Origin: a virus
DNA length: 64,000 bases
IMG/VR virus record: IMGVR_UViG_3300032579_000011
Span: 1-64,000 of that record
Reading direction: 5' to 3' (one strand)
The notes under the pieces were generated by a model, which worked only from the letters and a program-made list of their open reading frames with translations, was not told the origin of the DNA and made no database searches. A program made the translations under genes and the position numbers. Below are positions 38,961 to 48,052 of this stretch, piece by piece. Position 1 is the stretch's first letter. Every line of letters begins with the position of its first letter.

Positions 38961-39402
38961 TTTTGGCTTTATGTTCTTCGCTTAAAGTTCTTCCTTTTCG
39001 AACTTTACTGAGATTTTCTTTATGTTTTTCTGATTGTTTTTTGCCTAATTTTGCTAATCGCATTTTTAATCGAGTTTCTTCAGAAAACGGTTTCTTAGGA
39101 ATCCCTTTACGCATTTTACTCATACGTTGACGAGATTCTAAAGAAAATGTAGCTCCTGTGGTTCCATCACCACCATCTGTTTTATTGAGAAGGTTTGAAC
39201 GGTCATACCAAGCGATGTATTTTCTCTCTAAAGCAAAAGCTCCGATTTCAGATAAATTACGTTCTAAGAAAACGATTTTAGATTTATCTGATGGAATTTC
39301 GCAACTATGATCTTTAGAGAAAGCTCTTTTATTTTTGCCCTTGCCAATATAATATGGCGTACCATCTTCTCGAAGATATGCGTATACGTAATAAATAAAC
39401 AT
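38932..39402 (-). CDS. GIY-YIG-like homing endonuclease with NUMOD3 repeats
   Basis: YVYAYLREDGTPYYIGKG, NKTDGGDG, SEETRLKM/SEEHKAKI; GGAGG RBS. Confidence 0.85.
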   Translation of the reverse strand: MFIYYVYAYLREDGTPYYIGKGKNKRAFSKDHSCEIPSDKSKIVFLERNLSEIGAFALERKYIAWYDRSNLLNKTDGGDGTTGATFSLESRQRMSKMRKGIPKKPFSEETRLKMRLAKLGKKQSEKHKENLSKVRKGRTLSEEHKAKIKAAFASKK

Positions 39403-39520
39403 TGCTGGACCTCCTATCAGGTTTAGAGTAGGTGGAGACGGCAATCTCGCGACCTACATTATTTAGCGAAAAAAAGAGTTTGACTTTCCTGAAGAAATAG
39501 GGTAGTATATAAAAATAGAC

Positions 39521-39536
39521 GCCCCCTTGGCGGAAT
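39521..39536 (+). pseudogene. 5' stub of a tRNA-Leu-type gene fused to HNH start codon
   Basis: GCCCCCT-TG-GCGGAAT immediately after promoter 39480-39508. Confidence 0.55.
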
Positions 39537-40161
39537 GATAAAATTGAAAAGAATAGCAGAAAATATAGAAACAACAGAATTATGTTCTTACGGATGTGGT
39601 AATATTGCTAGATTCAGAAATGGGTCTAATAAATTGATGTGCGAAATTAGAGCAACAAAATGTCCAGAAATTAGAAGAAAAAATAGTGAAGGTTCTATAA
39701 AAGCGTATCAAAAATATAAAAACATTAACAGATATTTAAATACGTCAGAAGAATCTAAAAGAAAAATGAATTGGAACAAAGAAAAATATAATGCTGATTT
39801 TTCTTATAATGGTAAAGGATCACACAAAAAAGTCTTAATAAAGGAACGAGGTTATAAATGTGAATCTTGTAATTTGTCAGAATGGTTAAACGAACCTATA
39901 CCTCTAGAATTGGAACATTGTGACGGTGATAATCTAAATAATATAAAAAATAATTTATTGTTATTATGTCCAAATTGTCATGCTAAAACAAAGTTTTATA
40001 GAGGTAAAAACATAAATAATGGTAAAATGAAAGTTTCTGATGAAAAATTATTGACTTCTCTTAAAAAACATAGTAATATAAGACAAGCTTTACTCGAAGT
40101 TGGGTTAACACCCAAAGGTAAAAATTACGATAGAGCTTATAAATTATTAACGCCCGTGTAG
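39535..40161 (+). CDS. HNH endonuclease
   Basis: CESC...LELEHCDGD..NN...LLCPNCH; stop lies within tRNA-Leu. Confidence 0.85.
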   Translation: MIKLKRIAENIETTELCSYGCGNIARFRNGSNKLMCEIRATKCPEIRRKNSEGSIKAYQKYKNINRYLNTSEESKRKMNWNKEKYNADFSYNGKGSHKKVLIKERGYKCESCNLSEWLNEPIPLELEHCDGDNLNNIKNNLLLLCPNCHAKTKFYRGKNINNGKMKVSDEKLLTSLKKHSNIRQALLEVGLTPKGKNYDRAYKLLTPV

Positions 40162-40230
40162 CCCAACAGGTTAGTAGGCAATTGACTTAAAATCAATACA
40201 GTGTGGGTTCGAATCCCACCACGGGCACCA
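40152..40230 (+). tRNA. tRNA-Leu(TAA), short variable loop
   Basis: GCCCGTG/CACGGGC-ACCA; ATTGA-CTTAAAA-TCAAT. Confidence 0.88.
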
Positions 40231-40248
40231 ATTTCTGATCGGAGATAT

Positions 40249-40521
40249 ATGATGAAAGTTATGTTGGAATTGACACCCGAAGCCTTTAGTTCGCTTGAGG
40301 AAACTGTGCTAATCCAAAGTCTAGCAGATTCGGCAAGAACTCTTATCGAAGAGATAGATAGGTTCTTATCTAAGGAGTCGATTCGTCAACATGAAGTAAG
40401 AGACTTACAAGACGATATGATATATCTTGAATGTTTTAAGCGCGTTCTAGAGTATTATACAAGTGACGAACAACGTAAAACTGAGTTTGTTGATATTTTC
40501 GAAGGAGGTAATGATGAATAA
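40249..40521 (+). CDS. Hypothetical protein
   Basis: GGAG RBS. Confidence 0.65.
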   Translation: MMKVMLELTPEAFSSLEETVLIQSLADSARTLIEEIDRFLSKESIRQHEVRDLQDDMIYLECFKRVLEYYTSDEQRKTEFVDIFEGGNDE

Positions 40522-40619
40522 GAAGGCACATAAGAAGTTGATTAAGATGCAGAATAAGTTTGGTAAAGATGCTGGTAAGGCTCTTTGGATTCTAATGAAG
40601 AAGAATGGAGAACTGTAAC

Positions 40620-40709
40620 ATGAGTCATCCGCATAAGAATCGCCCGCGTAAGGGTCGCCGTAAGGTTGGTTCTAAGAAGCGCAGGGCACGACGTAATCGT
40701 AAGAGGTAG
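40620..40709 (+). CDS. 29-aa highly basic peptide
   Basis: MSHPHKNRPRKGRRKVGSKKRRARRNRKR; GGAG RBS. Confidence 0.55.
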   Translation: MSHPHKNRPRKGRRKVGSKKRRARRNRKR

Positions 40710-40733
40710 TCTCTAATTTTTTAAAGGTGTAAA

Positions 40734-41222
40734 ATGAAAGAGTTTGATCTTAAGGAAGTAATTGATTTCATCAAGAATTCTTCTAACGAGACAAAGATTT
40801 ATATCGGCGCTGATTCCGAACGTTATCGTAAGAATGAGGTTTGGTATGCTGATTATACTGTGGCTGTTGTTGTTCATATTGATGGCAACAAGGGTTGTAA
40901 GGTATTTGGTAAGTCAGATGTAGAACGTGATTTTGATCAGAAGAAAGAAAAGCCAGCTTTTCGTCTGATGAACGAAGTTTATCGTGCTGCTCAGATGTAT
41001 ATCGACCTTGCCGAAGCCATTGGTGATCGTCATTTCGAGTTGCACCTTGATATCAATCCAAACGAAATGCATGGTTCGTCTTGTGTTATCACACAGGCAA
41101 CTGGTTATATTCGTGGTATGTGTGGTGTTACTCCAAAGGTTAAGCCAGAGGCACCAGCAGCTTCATTTTGTGCTGATCGTTTGAAGGAAATTCTAACGAA
41201 CAACGAAAGTATTGCTGCTTAA
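40734..41222 (+). CDS. RNase H-like (YkuK/DUF458) protein
   Basis: YIGADS, RLMNEV, HLDIN, VKPEA.AAS..AD. Confidence 0.8.
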   Translation: MKEFDLKEVIDFIKNSSNETKIYIGADSERYRKNEVWYADYTVAVVVHIDGNKGCKVFGKSDVERDFDQKKEKPAFRLMNEVYRAAQMYIDLAEAIGDRHFELHLDINPNEMHGSSCVITQATGYIRGMCGVTPKVKPEAPAASFCADRLKEILTNNESIAA

Positions 41223-41229
41223 ATAATAC

Positions 41230-41262
41230 AGGCGCGTAGCTTAAAGGTGAAGCCGGTCGCTC
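41230..41262 (+). pseudogene. 5' half of a tRNA truncated in the anticodon loop (CT-C.., probably CAT)
   Basis: AGGCGCG-TA-GCTT-AAAGGTG-AAGC-C-GGTCG-CTC then AT-rich insert. Confidence 0.7.
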
Positions 41263-41313
41263 TTTAAAATTTAATTTTTATAAATACTTCTATAATTAAT
41301 AGGAGTATTTTAT

Positions 41314-42000
41314 ATGAAATGTAAATTCTGCAATCAATTAAAGAAAAATTTGAATTCTTTAAGAAATCATGAGAGACTATGTAAAGAAAATACAAATAAA
41401 GAAAAAACTTGGATTCAAAAACGAAAAGAAGCGGGAATAGAAATTAAATTTGATTTTCATCAATCGCCTGAATATAAAGAAAAACAAAGACAAAAAAGAT
41501 TATTGTGTCCTCCCGCTTCTTTAGAACAAAGACAAAAAGCTTCTATAAAAACAAAAGAATACTATTCTAATCCTGAAAATAGAAAAAAACATTCAAAAAT
41601 AATGAAAAAGGCGGTATTAGAACACCCAGAATCTTATTCTGATAAAAACATAGTTGGAAGATCAAAACATTTTACAATCGATGGTGTTAGATTTAATAGC
41701 ACTTGGGAATATGAAGTTGCAAAATTTTTAGATAAAAATAATATTAAATGGATCAGAAGTAATATAAAACCAATTTCTTATTTTTGGAATGATGATTGGC
41801 ATTTATATTTTCCAGATTTTTTAATTGAAGAATATAATTGTTATATTGAAGTAAAGGGATATGAAACAGATCGTGATAGGGCTAAATGGAGCCAATTAGA
41901 TAAAAAAATATTAGTAATCAAACAAAAAGAAATTGACTTAATAAAAAAACAGAATTATGATATAATTAGTAAATTATCGTCCTATAGCTCAATCGGTTAG
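41314..42000 (+). CDS. Zn-finger + PD-(D/E)xK endonuclease
   Basis: CKFC...H...C; STWE...YFPDF...IEVKG; stop lies within tRNA-Ile. Confidence 0.8.
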   Translation: MKCKFCNQLKKNLNSLRNHERLCKENTNKEKTWIQKRKEAGIEIKFDFHQSPEYKEKQRQKRLLCPPASLEQRQKASIKTKEYYSNPENRKKHSKIMKKAVLEHPESYSDKNIVGRSKHFTIDGVRFNSTWEYEVAKFLDKNNIKWIRSNIKPISYFWNDDWHLYFPDFLIEEYNCYIEVKGYETDRDRAKWSQLDKKILVIKQKEIDLIKKQNYDIISKLSSYSSIG

Positions 42001-42053
42001 AGCAGGCGCCTTATAAGCGTCAGATCTGGGTTCAATTCCCGGTAGGACAACCA
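41978..42053 (+). tRNA. tRNA-Ile(TAT)
   Basis: GGCGC-CTTATAA-GCGTC; CCA end; C1:A72 mismatch. Confidence 0.8.
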
Positions 42054-42073
42054 CTATTTTGAAAGTCTACATC

Positions 42074-42442
42074 ATGAAATATTTGTATCTTTTGCCGATT
42101 TTCTTTTTCCTTGGCGGCTGTCAAACTACAAATTCTTATCCTATAAATAAAATTACCGCTCAAAAAAGCGGTATTGTTGCCTCCTGGTATTCTTCTGGTC
42201 GAAGAACTGCCAGCGGTCAACATTTCGATCCAAATGGATATTCTGTCGCTCATCGTACCCTACCATTTGGAACTCAACTCAAACTGACTAATCCGAATAA
42301 TGGAAAGTCCATAGTTGCTATTGTCAATGACAGGGGTCCATTCGTAAGAGGGACGGGGTTGGACGTTACAAGAGGCGGTGCTCAAAAACTTGGTTTTATT
42401 AGTCAAGGTAAAACTAGATTGATAATGGAAGTTTTGAGATAA
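42074..42442 (+). CDS. RlpA-like lytic transglycosylase lipoprotein
   Basis: Lipobox LGGC; ASWY, AHRTLPFGT, VNDRGPF. Confidence 0.9.
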   Translation: MKYLYLLPIFFFLGGCQTTNSYPINKITAQKSGIVASWYSSGRRTASGQHFDPNGYSVAHRTLPFGTQLKLTNPNNGKSIVAIVNDRGPFVRGTGLDVTRGGAQKLGFISQGKTRLIMEVLR

Positions 42443-42482
42443 TATATTTCTCTTAATAGCGACGTAAACAAAAGGAAAAGTA

Positions 42483-43124
42483 ATGAAAAAGCTTATATTT
42501 TCACTAGTAGCAATGCTAGTTAGTATTGGCGTAGTTTCTACAGCTAATGCTAGACCAAGACATAAGAGACATCATTATCATCATGTTGTAGTATACAAGC
42601 ATAAAAACAAAAAAGTGAATATGGTGATTGGTCAAAAACAAGAACCGCAAATATATTATTCGAATGATGACAATAGTCCAGCCGCATTTTTTGCGAAAGA
42701 TAGAGCAAGAAATGTAGTTGAAACTCTTGATAATAACAAAAGAAAGACCCAAGAACATTTTGGGTTTATCGAACAGTCGATCAGACAAGGAAACGGTTTG
42801 GCTAATAAAGCATTAAGATATGTTGGTGCAACAGCTAGACAACTAGGACTTCCTCGTAGCCTTTGGTGTGCTGATTTCATGAATATGATCACACATTCTG
42901 GTAATGATCGAACTGCTATGTCATATAAACACAGGGGACAACCAGCATCTTATGGTTGTGTTAACTGTGTTGCCGTAACAACTCGTCGAGGCGGTGGTCA
43001 CGTCGGGGTTGTTTCTGGTTATGATAAACATGGTAATCCTATTTTGATTTCGGGAAACCATGGCAGAAAAGTCGGTGTTGGTACTTATGCTAGAAGCAGA
43101 GTAGTAGCATACAGATATATATAA
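42483..43124 (+). CDS. Secreted CHAP/NlpC-like (TIGR02594-like) protein
   Basis: Signal peptide; LWCADFMN...GGHVGVV...ISGN. Confidence 0.75.
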   Translation: MKKLIFSLVAMLVSIGVVSTANARPRHKRHHYHHVVVYKHKNKKVNMVIGQKQEPQIYYSNDDNSPAAFFAKDRARNVVETLDNNKRKTQEHFGFIEQSIRQGNGLANKALRYVGATARQLGLPRSLWCADFMNMITHSGNDRTAMSYKHRGQPASYGCVNCVAVTTRRGGGHVGVVSGYDKHGNPILISGNHGRKVGVGTYARSRVVAYRYI

Positions 43125-43125
43125 T

Positions 43126-43150
43126 GGGGTGGGAGAAATCCCACCCTTTT
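43126..43150 (+). terminator. Rho-independent terminator
   Basis: GGGTGGGA-GAAA-TCCCACCC-TTTT. Confidence 0.8.
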
Positions 43151-43165
43151 AATTTGGAGTTTGTT

Positions 43166-43354
43166 ATGACAACAGAAGAATTAGTTAAATCAGCTGACCT
43201 TAATTGGTGCGTAGACATTCTTAAAAGAATAGAAAGTATAACTAACCGTTTTCCGAGCACTCAGAATGGTTATGCAGTCATAGATTATTCGGATATTGAC
43301 CAAATTAAATACCTTGTAAAAATGGGGCTAAAGGTGGTTAAAGAAGATGAATGA
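43166..43354 (+). CDS. Hypothetical protein
   Basis: GGAG RBS. Confidence 0.55.
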   Translation: MTTEELVKSADLNWCVDILKRIESITNRFPSTQNGYAVIDYSDIDQIKYLVKMGLKVVKEDE

Positions 43355-43514
43355 CTTGACTTTTGAACCGTATCAGGTTATACTAAGTAAGGTTATGAAG
43401 GAGATATAATATGAAAAGCGATCTAGAACTGCTTGTTGAATATGATATGTTTATTTTGGGATTTGATTCCTCAAATTCTGAGGATATTAAGAAATATTGG
43501 GAGATTATGCTAGG

Positions 43515-43778
43515 ATGAACGTTACAATATATACTAAATCGAATTGTAAATTCTGCGTTAATTCTAAGATGCTACTTAGCTCTAAAGGAATTAATTATAC
43601 AGAACTAAAGTTAGACGAAGATTTTTCTAGAGAAAGCCTTTTGGAAATTTTTCCGAACGCGAAATCTTTTCCTGTTGTTGTTATAGATGGTTTCAACATT
43701 GGCGGGTTTGAAAATCTTAAAAAGTATCTAACTGAAGAAACACAGGATAATCGTAAACTTTTGAATGAGGGAATTTAA
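43515..43778 (+). CDS. Glutaredoxin
   Basis: CKFC, SFPVV, IGGF. Confidence 0.9.
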   Translation: MNVTIYTKSNCKFCVNSKMLLSSKGINYTELKLDEDFSRESLLEIFPNAKSFPVVVIDGFNIGGFENLKKYLTEETQDNRKLLNEGI

Positions 43779-43779
43779 T

Positions 43780-44043
43780 ATGATTAATCGCGACGATCTT
43801 TTGAACGATCTACGTATGTACGTGATTGAAGTTCAGTTTAATAAAGTTAACGGCGAACAGCGCACAATGCGTTGTACTCTAAGGCCTGATCTTTTGCCTC
43901 CAAAGTATAATATCAATGAAGATCATAAATTTCATAGGGAAAATACCGACGTTATTGCTGTTTGGGATATCCTTAACAACGGTTGGCGTTCTTTCCGTGT
44001 AGATTCCGTAACTTACGTTCAGAACGTGAGCCACAATTACTGA
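43780..44043 (+). CDS. WYL-like/DUF2693 protein
   Basis: FNKVNGEQRTMRCTL...WRSFRVD. Confidence 0.75.
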   Translation: MINRDDLLNDLRMYVIEVQFNKVNGEQRTMRCTLRPDLLPPKYNINEDHKFHRENTDVIAVWDILNNGWRSFRVDSVTYVQNVSHNY

Positions 44044-44050
44044 GGATAAA

Positions 44051-44335
44051 ATGAAAAAGTTGGTTATAGTCGAATGCATATCTCAACACCGTATTCGTTA
44101 TTGTGTTGAGGTTGAAGATAATATTGATCCTGCTCTTGATGAAGTCGTTAGAGAAAGTGACGCTGAAAATTTTCATGAGTTTAGTCAGCAACATCTCGGC
44201 CAAGTGATCTTTTCTCATAGAGAAATAAATAAAGAAGAATACCTTCGTATGTTCGATGAAGATAGTCCTTATCTAAAGGGATGGCCTGAAGAACAAAAAC
44301 TTAAATACATCAACAGGATTAATTATGATGCATGA
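44051..44335 (+). CDS. Hypothetical protein
   Basis: GAGG RBS; EFSQQHLG. Confidence 0.7.
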   Translation: MKKLVIVECISQHRIRYCVEVEDNIDPALDEVVRESDAENFHEFSQQHLGQVIFSHREINKEEYLRMFDEDSPYLKGWPEEQKLKYINRINYDA

Positions 44336-44771
44336 TGTTATTGTTGATATCGACGGCACCATAGCCGACAATTCCCATAGAGTTCACCATATCCGTAAGT
44401 CTCCCAAAGATTGGAAGTCTTATGAAAAGGGTGTCATGGAAGACGAGCCGCATTTTGACATCATCTATATTCTAGAATCACTTAAAGCTTCTGGTTCGAA
44501 GCTGGTACTCTGTACAGGAAGAATGGAAAACGAGCGAGACGACACCATTAATTGGTTGAGAATGCATTATCTAGACTTTCTTTTTGACAAGCTTTATATG
44601 CGACCACTCAATGATTATAGATCGGATGATGTTGTTAAGAAAGAACTTCTTGACCAGATTCGTAAAGACGGTTATAATCCGACAATAGTATTTGAAGATC
44701 GTCAACGTGTTGTTGATATGTGGAGAACAGAAGGTCTTCGTTGTTTGCAAGTCCAGCCGGGCGATTTTTAA
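44325..44771 (+). CDS. PseT-type HAD 3'-phosphatase
   Basis: DIDGT, CTGR, LYMR...DYRSD..VK, FEDR. Confidence 0.85.
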   Translation: MMHDVIVDIDGTIADNSHRVHHIRKSPKDWKSYEKGVMEDEPHFDIIYILESLKASGSKLVLCTGRMENERDDTINWLRMHYLDFLFDKLYMRPLNDYRSDDVVKKELLDQIRKDGYNPTIVFEDRQRVVDMWRTEGLRCLQVQPGDF

Positions 44772-44836
44772 TAAATAGTTGTGTCAGTCGCGGAGTACCA
44801 GTCCCACTGACTCTATGTCAAACGAAGGACACAGCT

Positions 44837-45444
44837 ATGAATATTTATCACGTTTATGCGTATCTTAGAGAAGAAAACAATACACCATATTATATTGGTA
44901 AAGGTAAGGGTAGAAGAGCTTATAAAAACATACAATAAGCGTTCCAAAAAATAAATCAAAAATTATATTTTATCATAAAAATATAACTAATGAAACCGCT
45001 TGTTTTTTGGAAAAATCTTACATAAAATTATTTGGTAGAAAAGATATTGGAAATGGTATATTATACAATCAAACGGATGGCGGCGATGGCGGCGACACTT
45101 CTAAGAGCGAAAATTATATAAAAGCTAAGACGGAAGGTAAATTTAATGGTCATCGTCATAAAACTTCAGAACAATTAGAAAAAGCTAACATAAAACGTTC
45201 TGTTTCATTATTAGGACATGAAGTATCTTTAGAAACTAAAAAGAAAATTTCAGAAACTAGAAAAAATAAAAAGATACCTAGTCCAAATAAAGGAAAAACA
45301 TTCTCCGAAAACATAAAAGAAAAACTTCGTATTCCTAAAAAGAAATATATTTGTTTTGTTTGTTCAAAAAACATCGGAGGAAAAACAAATCTAATTAGAT
45401 GGCATAATGAAAACTGTAAAATGAAAGGAAATATAAATGAATGA
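44837..45444 (+). pseudogene. Frameshifted GIY-YIG-like/NUMOD3 endonuclease
   Basis: YHVYAYLRE..TPYYIGKG frame stops at 44938; restoring one A in the A5 run 44924-44928 joins it to ...NQTDGGDGG. Confidence 0.75.
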
Positions 45445-45811
45445 TAAATCTTATTGGGGCTATAGCTTACTTTTGGATTGTGCCGAACTCGATCACGGCG
45501 CGATCACGAGTTATGAAAATATTTACAATTTCACTAAGAGACTAGTCAAGGATATCGATATGGTCGCTTACGGCGAGCCGCAGATCGTTGAATTTGGTTC
45601 TGGTAATAAGGCTGGCTATACTTTGGTCCAGCTTATTGAAACATCGAATATTTGTGCTCATTTTGTTCCTGATGACGGAAATGGTGGTAACGCACTTTAC
45701 CTCGATGTTTTTTCATGTAAGGAATATGATGATCAAGTGGTAATCAATTTGGTTAAGGAATTCTTTGGTGCTAAGTATATTAGACCAAACTATTTGACGA
45801 GACAGGCGTGA
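45437..45811 (+). CDS. speD: S-adenosylmethionine decarboxylase-like proenzyme
   Basis: GYTLVQLIETSNICAHF...LDVFSCK. Confidence 0.75.
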   Translation: MNDKSYWGYSLLLDCAELDHGAITSYENIYNFTKRLVKDIDMVAYGEPQIVEFGSGNKAGYTLVQLIETSNICAHFVPDDGNGGNALYLDVFSCKEYDDQVVINLVKEFFGAKYIRPNYLTRQA

Positions 45812-46218
45812 TTACTGGATTTACGTGTGGTACATTTGATATTCTTCATGCTGGTCATTGCGCTATGCTTGAAGAATGTCGTAGTCAATGTGACAGGCTG
45901 ATCGTCGGTCTACAAACCGATCCGACTATCGACAGACCAAAATTAAAAAATAACCCCGTTCAAAGTTTGCTCGAAAGGTTTATACAACTCAAATCTATTC
46001 GTTACGTAGACGAGATATATCCCTACGAGACTGAAGGTGATCTAGAAAATTTACTAAGTATCATAGACATTCAAAAAAGATTTATAGGTTATGATCATTA
46101 CGGGGAAGTACATACTGGTCAAGCTCTTTGTATTCATAGAAATATTGAAATAATTTACAATAAGAGATTCCACCGGTGGAGCTCTTCTAGATTGAGGAAT
46201 AAGTTGAATGAGTTTTAG
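45808..46218 (+). CDS. Cytidylyltransferase-family sugar-phosphate nucleotidyltransferase
   Basis: GTFDILHAGH, LIVGL, ER..L, SSS. Confidence 0.85.
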   Translation: MITGFTCGTFDILHAGHCAMLEECRSQCDRLIVGLQTDPTIDRPKLKNNPVQSLLERFIQLKSIRYVDEIYPYETEGDLENLLSIIDIQKRFIGYDHYGEVHTGQALCIHRNIEIIYNKRFHRWSSSRLRNKLNEF

Positions 46219-46792
46219 TGATAAATACTTTGAAGAAGTAGTTTCTATTGCCGAAGCTATAGATAAAAATATGGTGGAGAAGTTAGTTGCCGCTCTCAAA
46301 AGAGTCAGAGAATCAAACGGGAGGGTTTTCGTTCTCGGTGTTGGAGGATCAGCAGGAAACGCTTCTCACCTGGTCAACGACCTACGTAAGCTTTGTGGTA
46401 TCGAGTCTTATTGCCCCACAGATAACGTTCCAGAGCTTACTGCTAGAACAAATGACGAAGGGTTTGACACCGTATTTGATGAATATCTTAAAATCAGTAA
46501 GTTAAGTTCAAAAGATGCTCTTTTTATTTTATCTGTTGGTGGTGGCGATAAGAATAAAAACGTTTCTGTAGGATTAATTAAGGCCATCGATCAAGCAAAA
46601 TCAAAAAACGCCGTCGTATTGGGTATAGTCGGTAAGAAAGACGGATACACCGCTTACAACGCTGATTATTGTGTAGTAGTTCCTCCTATTCAACCTTCCA
46701 GAATCACGCCACATAGCGAAGCTTTTCAAGCTGTTATTTGGCATGCTATAGTTTCCAATCCTTCTTTACAGGTTAATAAAACAAAGTGGTGA
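46208..46792 (+). CDS. gmhA: Sedoheptulose-7-phosphate isomerase (SIS)
   Basis: GVGGSAGNASH, TARTND.G, E..Q...H. Confidence 0.85.
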   Translation: MSFSDKYFEEVVSIAEAIDKNMVEKLVAALKRVRESNGRVFVLGVGGSAGNASHLVNDLRKLCGIESYCPTDNVPELTARTNDEGFDTVFDEYLKISKLSSKDALFILSVGGGDKNKNVSVGLIKAIDQAKSKNAVVLGIVGKKDGYTAYNADYCVVVPPIQPSRITPHSEAFQAVIWHAIVSNPSLQVNKTKW

Positions 46793-46793
46793 A

Positions 46794-47324
46794 ATGAATC
46801 GAGCAATTTTTTTTGATCGTGATGGTGTAATTAATAAACTCGTCGAAAGACCAGATGGTTCTAAAACAGCCCCTTGGTTTCTCGACGAGTTTCAATTTAT
46901 TGATAATGTTAAAGTAGCGGTGAATATCGTCAGAAATATGGACTATAAAACTTTTGTTGTAACAAATCAACCTGACGTCAAAGGTCCATTGTCTTACAAA
47001 GATTTAGATAATATGCATAGAATGATTTCTAATTGGTTGAGAATAGATGATATATACTACGCTGACGATAGAAATTCCAATATGTATAAACCCAACAACG
47101 GTATGATTGAAGATATAATTAAAAAATACTTGATCGATCGTAGTAAATCCTATATAATAGGTGATCGTTGGAAAGATATAGTTGCTGGTAATAGAAGCAA
47201 ACTAAAAACTATTTTCGTTGGTGAAGAATACACATACCCTTACGAATATAGAAATATACAACCTGATTATATTGTTTCTAATGTTTTAGAAGCTTGTACC
47301 TTGATTGAGGAGATTAATAAATGA
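46794..47324 (+). CDS. gmhB: Heptose-1,7-bisphosphate phosphatase
   Basis: FFDRDGVIN, VTNQ, KPNNGM, IGDRWKD. Confidence 0.88.
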   Translation: MNRAIFFDRDGVINKLVERPDGSKTAPWFLDEFQFIDNVKVAVNIVRNMDYKTFVVTNQPDVKGPLSYKDLDNMHRMISNWLRIDDIYYADDRNSNMYKPNNGMIEDIIKKYLIDRSKSYIIGDRWKDIVAGNRSKLKTIFVGEEYTYPYEYRNIQPDYIVSNVLEACTLIEEINK

Positions 47325-48052
47325 TTAAATTATACGCCGATGGCGCCGATATGGTGGGAATAATCGATGCGGCTGGAGATAAAACAATAACGGGGTTTAC
47401 AACTAATCCAACTTTGATGCGTCAAGCTGGCGTTATGAATTATGAAGAATTTGCCAAAAACGTTATTAAATTTTTGGCAAGGAATAGGCCCGAAACAACT
47501 CTAAGTTTAGAAGTGTTCGCCGATGAACCTGACGAAATTCGTCGACAAGCTAGAATTATCAGTGATTGGGGTAACGAAAAGAATTATCAAGTATATGTAA
47601 AAATTCCTGTCATGTATACTTCGGGCGAAGATACTTATGATTTGATTCAAAGTTTAAGTTATGAAGGAATTAATCTTAACGTTACTGCGGTTTTTACCGA
47701 ATATCAAGTAAGCAATATAATCGATAGATTTTGCCCAGAAGTTCCTAGTATAATTTCAATTTTCGCTGGTCGTATTGCGGACGCTGGTGAAGATCCGGAA
47801 TCAATTGTTTCTCGTTGTGTTGGTTTGTATGATGATATTAGAAACGAAGGCGGTAAAGCAGAATTTCTATGGGCTTCTTCTAGAGAAGCTTATAACATTA
47901 AACACGCCGAATGGTCCGGTTGTGATATTATAACCATGACTCCTGATCTCATCAAAAAGGTTAAGGGTTTCGGTAAAGATTTAACACAATTTTCTAAAGA
48001 AACTTGCCAAATGTTCTATAATGATGCTATTAAATCGGGGTACACAATATGA
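47321..48052 (+). CDS. tal: Transaldolase
   Basis: GFTTNPTL, VKIP, NVTAVF, SIFAGRI, LWASSRE. Confidence 0.9.
   Translation: MIKLYADGADMVGIIDAAGDKTITGFTTNPTLMRQAGVMNYEEFAKNVIKFLARNRPETTLSLEVFADEPDEIRRQARIISDWGNEKNYQVYVKIPVMYTSGEDTYDLIQSLSYEGINLNVTAVFTEYQVSNIIDRFCPEVPSIISIFAGRIADAGEDPESIVSRCVGLYDDIRNEGGKAEFLWASSREAYNIKHAEWSGCDIITMTPDLIKKVKGFGKDLTQFSKETCQMFYNDAIKSGYTI

Noticed and set aside
44921-44930. Programmed -1 frameshift in the endonuclease
   Set aside because: T-AAA-AAC is not a full slippery heptamer and no stimulator is evident; a single-A deletion or sequencing error is simpler.
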